From the NCBI GenBank assembly GCA_963924565.1, contig OZ004607.1, forward strand, positions 9,486,001 to 9,550,000: 64,000 bases of DNA. The letters are read 5' to 3'. Source of the DNA: Ascidiella aspersa (lineage: Eukaryota). Each line of letters starts with the position of its first letter. The first letter of the stretch is position 1. Shown piece by piece: positions 63,896 to 64,000 of the stretch. A program made the position numbers and the translations under genes. Below the pieces are notes generated by a model. It was not told the DNA's origin. It saw only the letters and a list, made by a program, of their open reading frames with translations, and searched no databases.

Positions 63896-64000
63896 TTTGA
63901 AGGTAAAGCTCTGGAGTCCAATCTCCACTAACGGCCTATCTTTTTAAAACAGTTCTATTTTTCGAGAACACCTTAATTTAATGCTTAAGAGGTACGAGTT

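Overview
AT-rich, intron-rich animal genomic DNA, not prokaryotic. It is probably an invertebrate chordate such as a tunicate, which is a weak inference from gene content and the abundance of TGACGTCA. Most ORFs in the supplied track are spurious, so I rebuilt the genes by hand from GT-AG splice sites and exon phases. Four genes are present. (1) A large + strand Lbc-family RhoGEF (ARHGEF18/p114RhoGEF, AKAP13, ARHGEF28-like; DH-PH-coiled coil) has 22 phase-consistent core exons at 35483-51110 and several candidate alternative first exons in the upstream ~30 kb. (2) A 4-exon - strand mitoribosomal protein MRPL42 lies at 52994-54084, with only its last exon visible in the ORF track. (3) An intronless-CDS ARL2BP/BART lies at 55630-56121, head-to-head with MRPL42. 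(4) The 5' part of a GT10 alpha-1,3-fucosyltransferase-like gene starts at 59673 and runs off the window. There are also several MITEs with TIRs/TSDs and local tandem duplications. The most notable observations are a Glu->Gln change at the fucosyltransferase ESP catalytic motif, a twin 5' splice-site switch that would swap the RhoGEF C-terminal tail, loss of the near-invariant PH-domain Trp, and a phase-matched array of alternative RhoGEF N-termini. I do not see evidence for a wholly new multi-gene system. Protein identifications come from remembered family motifs, not from a database search.
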